A DNA stretch of 62,908 nt, the filler included, from Circinaria calcarea (taxonomy: Eukaryota), in the NCBI GenBank assembly GCA_051942165.1. It is 3 parts of 3 records of this genome, joined end to end, with 100 filler letters (N's around TTAATTAATTAA, not from the genome) between each part and the next. Parts side by side here need not be neighbours in the genome. Positions count along the whole stretch, not along the records: positions 42,019 to 62,908 come from JAVECS010000159.1; 2 more parts are not named here. The stretch is one strand, 5' to 3'. The number at the start of each line of letters is the position of its first letter. Within the stretch, counting starts at the first letter, position 1. This document shows positions 59,391 through 62,908 of the stretch, in pieces. The notes beneath the pieces are model-generated. The model saw nothing but the letters and a program-made list of their open reading frames with translations, searched no databases and was not told the origin of the DNA. The position numbers and the translations under genes were made by a program.

Positions 59391-61091
59391 TCACTCCATC
59401 ACGCGATCTTTCTTACCATCATCAGTCGTATGACCAACACCATCGATGTTTTCAGCACCTTCAATACTAGCACTGACTCGTTCCGCTCTCCGTCTCGCAT
59501 CCACCCAGATCATAAACTCGGAATACGTGCGGGGCATTACCTTGATATCCTTCTCCACCAGGAAAGTATAGTTGAACTGGCCCGTCGGTTTTGTTTCCCC
59601 ATGTTCGACGTCTCTCACCTTCGAGTCTATGCGGATCTGGACTCTGGTGTACTTCTGTGGCGCAGGCCCATCCTCGATCTTCGAATCATGCCGACTCCGG
59701 ACATCGACTAAAGGCGGATCTGTGTAGGCAACCGTGGCAGTAAGATACAACACCGACCCGACAGGAACAGGATTATCAAAAGTACTTGGATCGAGAGAAA
59801 CAAAAGTGGGTCTAGAATGAGAAAATGATGCGGCGCAACAGAAAGCCAGTTCAAAGGTCTGCTTCAAGAGGAAGCCGCCGAAAATCATAAAATTATGTCG
59901 GTTGCGATATTGAGGTTGCATGATCTGTGCTGAGTGCAGTTTGGTGCTGTCCATGTACACAACGTTGTCTGGCTTTTGAGATGGCACATTTGGATCTTGC
60001 AAAGGTCAGTCCAGATTCATCTACGCCATTAATAACGTCGTCACACAGGACTAGTTTGATATATTCGGGCGGGCTAGGTTGATCTTACCATGAAACTCAA
60101 GTTGTTTTAACCACATAGCATGGATCAGGTCACTTTCTTGGTCATTCGGCGTTTGCTTGCGGAGCGTAGTCTTTGCAAGGGCCTTTTTTGCGTTATAGTT
60201 CTTTTCTCCCAAGTCAAATAGCCGACGTTCTTCGGGGGTATCGACCCTTAGCGGAGCTATTGCTACTGGCTTCTTTGTGTTTGGGTCCAGTGACACCATG
60301 GTAAAGGCACAGGTCATTAGGATGTCCTCCTTCTTAACCTCCGCTTCATGTTCGGGGGCCTTTGCTACTTGAAGAGATATCTCCATGCTGCTCCTTCCCG
60401 TTGCAAATGTGACTTGGCCCGACAGCTCTAGGTCACAAAGTTCCTTGCGTAGTTTAGCCAGAAAGTACAACCATCGCAGCAAGCAAGTCTTACCCTGAGT
60501 GGATGGTTGATTGTGATACGGTCGACAGCAGCCGTAACCGTCGTTACAGACTCCCCTGTATGTTTGTATGCAATGACACCAGACAGGGCGTCTAAGTCCA
60601 TGAATAGAGTACCGAGTCTATATATCATTTCTTAGCAATGGCTAGTTTCCATTACTAAGTGTACTAGATGTACCTGATATGGCCATTGGCGTTGAGATAA
60701 TTGTCGAGAAGCCATGGATCTCGAGCCAGAGGCAGCACCTATGCCTACATCAGTCAGTCAGACGCCGCATAAGCTCAGGGTTGTTTCTCACCTGCCGGTA
60801 ATAGCTTTCCGACATCCTTTTGGGAGTCAAGTCGCGATCCGAAGGAGTTGCCGGGACACTAGATTTTTTGGTAGGATCTATGCCTTCCTCCCTCTTCCTC
60901 CGCAATGCTTCTATCCACGGTGTCTTAACCCTCATCTCTGATATAGCTGGGTAGACGCCATCTGTGAAAAGAGGTGCCGTCGTGTGTAGCTGGCGCCATA
61001 ATCCAGTTCGCAACCCAATTCCTCTTTTTAGTAAAAATTGCTTGCCACTGAGTTGAAGCAGAGTACGACAACAAGCTGATTGAAGCTTCAT
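59391..61091 (-). CDS. Mitochondrial double-hotdog acyl-CoA thioesterase (ACOT9-like), multi-exon
   Basis: Arg/Leu-rich presequence. RLGTLFMDLDALSGVIAYKH, TVTAAVDRI, GQVTFATGRSSMEI, MQPQYRNRHNFMIFGGFLLKQTFELAF. Confidence 0.93.
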
Positions 61092-61519
61092 AGTATATTG
61101 ATCTTCACGATGAACTCCCAAGGAGTCTTTGACTCAAATTGTCCCCGCGGTGCATTGAGTGACCGTGACTTGTGTTATTGCTGCTCTAGGGCTAAGTTCA
61201 CAGCCGGGTAACCCCTCTCCCGATATGTTCTAATACTTGGGAGATCCTCTATAACAAAAGTATGCTATGGTGGGAAAAAAACCCCACATGTTGACATAAA
61301 GATCATGAAGTGACAAGTTAGATTATCTCTATCCTTTTACAAGGTCTCAAGTTAAAGTCATAGTAATCACTTTGGATGCGACAATTACTACAAATCCTAA
61401 GTTAGCTTGCACAATTCCTCCCATTCTTTCAACTATATCCACTTATTTCTTTTCATATTCTATTCGACTGAACAAGCTAGACATCTCCTTATCTTTCTTA
61501 TAAATCTCCTACGCATATC

Positions 61520-62908
61520 ATGTCGACTGCACTGGTTGATGTTGGCAATCTCGTTCATAGTTTTCCGGAGCGTTGCCTCCAACTTTCCTCAATGTGCTCC
61601 ATACGGCTGCATTGCCCGCTAGACTTCCCTTCCTGGACAATGAGGCATGGCACTGATTTAGTTGCGGCTGGTGGTTTGTGGATTGCCCGCGGCAATGGTC
61701 TCAAGATTTCTCTGCATATAAAATTAGATGGTATAGGTATGGATGAGTCCGAATTACGGGACTTGATAGAAGATATGGGCTCCTTTCTCAAGAACGCAGA
61801 GGTTTCATCTATCTTTGATCTTGCGTTGCTGCTTGCCGCTAAGAAATTTGTTAGATATGGTCTCAGCTTTACCTTCAACCTTCTCTTAGTGTTCTATCTC
61901 GTAAAATAGACGATCCAGACAGCTCGGCCACGTTGATACTTTCACTCAAACATGGTCCACAGCCCTTCTGGAACTCAAAATTCGCTACTAAAGCACGCAC
62001 ACTCATCGTCTCCGATACTAGACCTCCAGCTGACATTCCCTGCGCTGGGCTGGAAGAGGTCAGGATCAACCTGATTTTCTCGAGGACAAGCCAAAATGTG
62101 TACAAGAGGATCAAACATAAGACAGCTGATTACACTGGAGAGATACCCGACAACGACGTTATGTTACTTGAGGGTAACGGTCTTTGTTCTGCGGACTTAC
62201 CTCACCATTCACAGCCGACGCGGTCACTTCTTCAAGACGTTCCGAACAATTTAGAGTATCGGATGCTACCATCGCAATCTTTCTTAAAGAGTAGCAAGGA
62301 AACGCTTGATAGAAAGCATAGCATTAACATTTCGGTACATGATGATCCTTTGTATTCGGACGGCTACCAGTCTCAGCAAATCCTTTCCCCACAGCCAGCA
62401 AGCGCTTTGTATGCTTGGGAACCAAGGTCTCAACCGCCACAAGTCTCGGAGAATGATTATGAGGAGATGCTTGACGACGACTACAGTGACACTATTTCCA
62501 ATCAGATTCCATCTCAAGACTCGGGATACCTTACAGGCATATCGGACGATATGTTCTTCCCTCCAGAGTTACCTACTGAACAAAAATCTCCATCAAACCC
62601 AAAGAAGCGCTCCAGTTCGCTTTCCACCCCAACCTCCCGCGCTCTAGATATAACCGCTGCGGCAAAACTCGTCGACGCCGCATTGCGTACGCTCATCTAC
62701 GATACCAAGATACGCTTGTCCCCCGGTGTTAAAAGGAAAGAGATCTCTCCCGGCCCTAAACTCGCAGAGATCTCCCCCGCCTTGTTCAGCCCTGGCTACC
62801 TCCATGTAAGTACAGACCTTAGTCCTTTTCCAAGGCAGTTGTTGGTAATTCTTTACAGGCAGTCTGTCAGCGCAACCGCTTCCTCCCTAGAATATCCAAT
62901 TCCATAGC
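61520..62908 (+). CDS. Hypothetical protein, partial (runs off window)
   Basis: Consecutive + ORFs (61520-61909, 61933-end) with a probable intervening intron and protein-like composition. No recognised domain. Confidence 0.6.

Overview
Eukaryotic DNA from an intron-rich filamentous ascomycete (Pezizomycotina-type genes). The window is three contigs joined by artificial N44-TTAATTAATTAA-N44 spacers (20926-21025, 41919-42018), so gene order across the joins is not biological. Contig 1 carries a multi-pass membrane protein gene with duplicated ends, KIN17/RTS2, a decayed LYS9, a derlin, CBF5 and a small secreted protein. Contig 2 (21026-41918) is an accessory, immunity-like island. It has the 5' end of a 2-hydroxyacyl-CoA lyase, an Apple/PAN membrane protein and a Pra1/Asp f 2 zincophore. 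It also has two convergent NLR-like genes (SesB-lipase-NACHT-ANK, and SesA/HeLo-like-NACHT with no repeat domain). Between them lie a G-domain-only, catalytically degenerate eEF1A paralogue, a TPR remnant and a tyrosine-recombinase retroelement relic. Several MITEs and foldback elements are present. Contig 3 is mostly core genes: a C2H2 transcription factor, YVH1, VFA1, ARG4, an acyl-CoA thioesterase and a partial hypothetical gene. The best candidate for a new system is the NLR lying tail-to-tail with a mini-eEF1A pseudo-GTPase, a possible guard/decoy pair. All calls come from manual reading without database searches, and exon boundaries are inferred from GT/AG and branch-point motifs.
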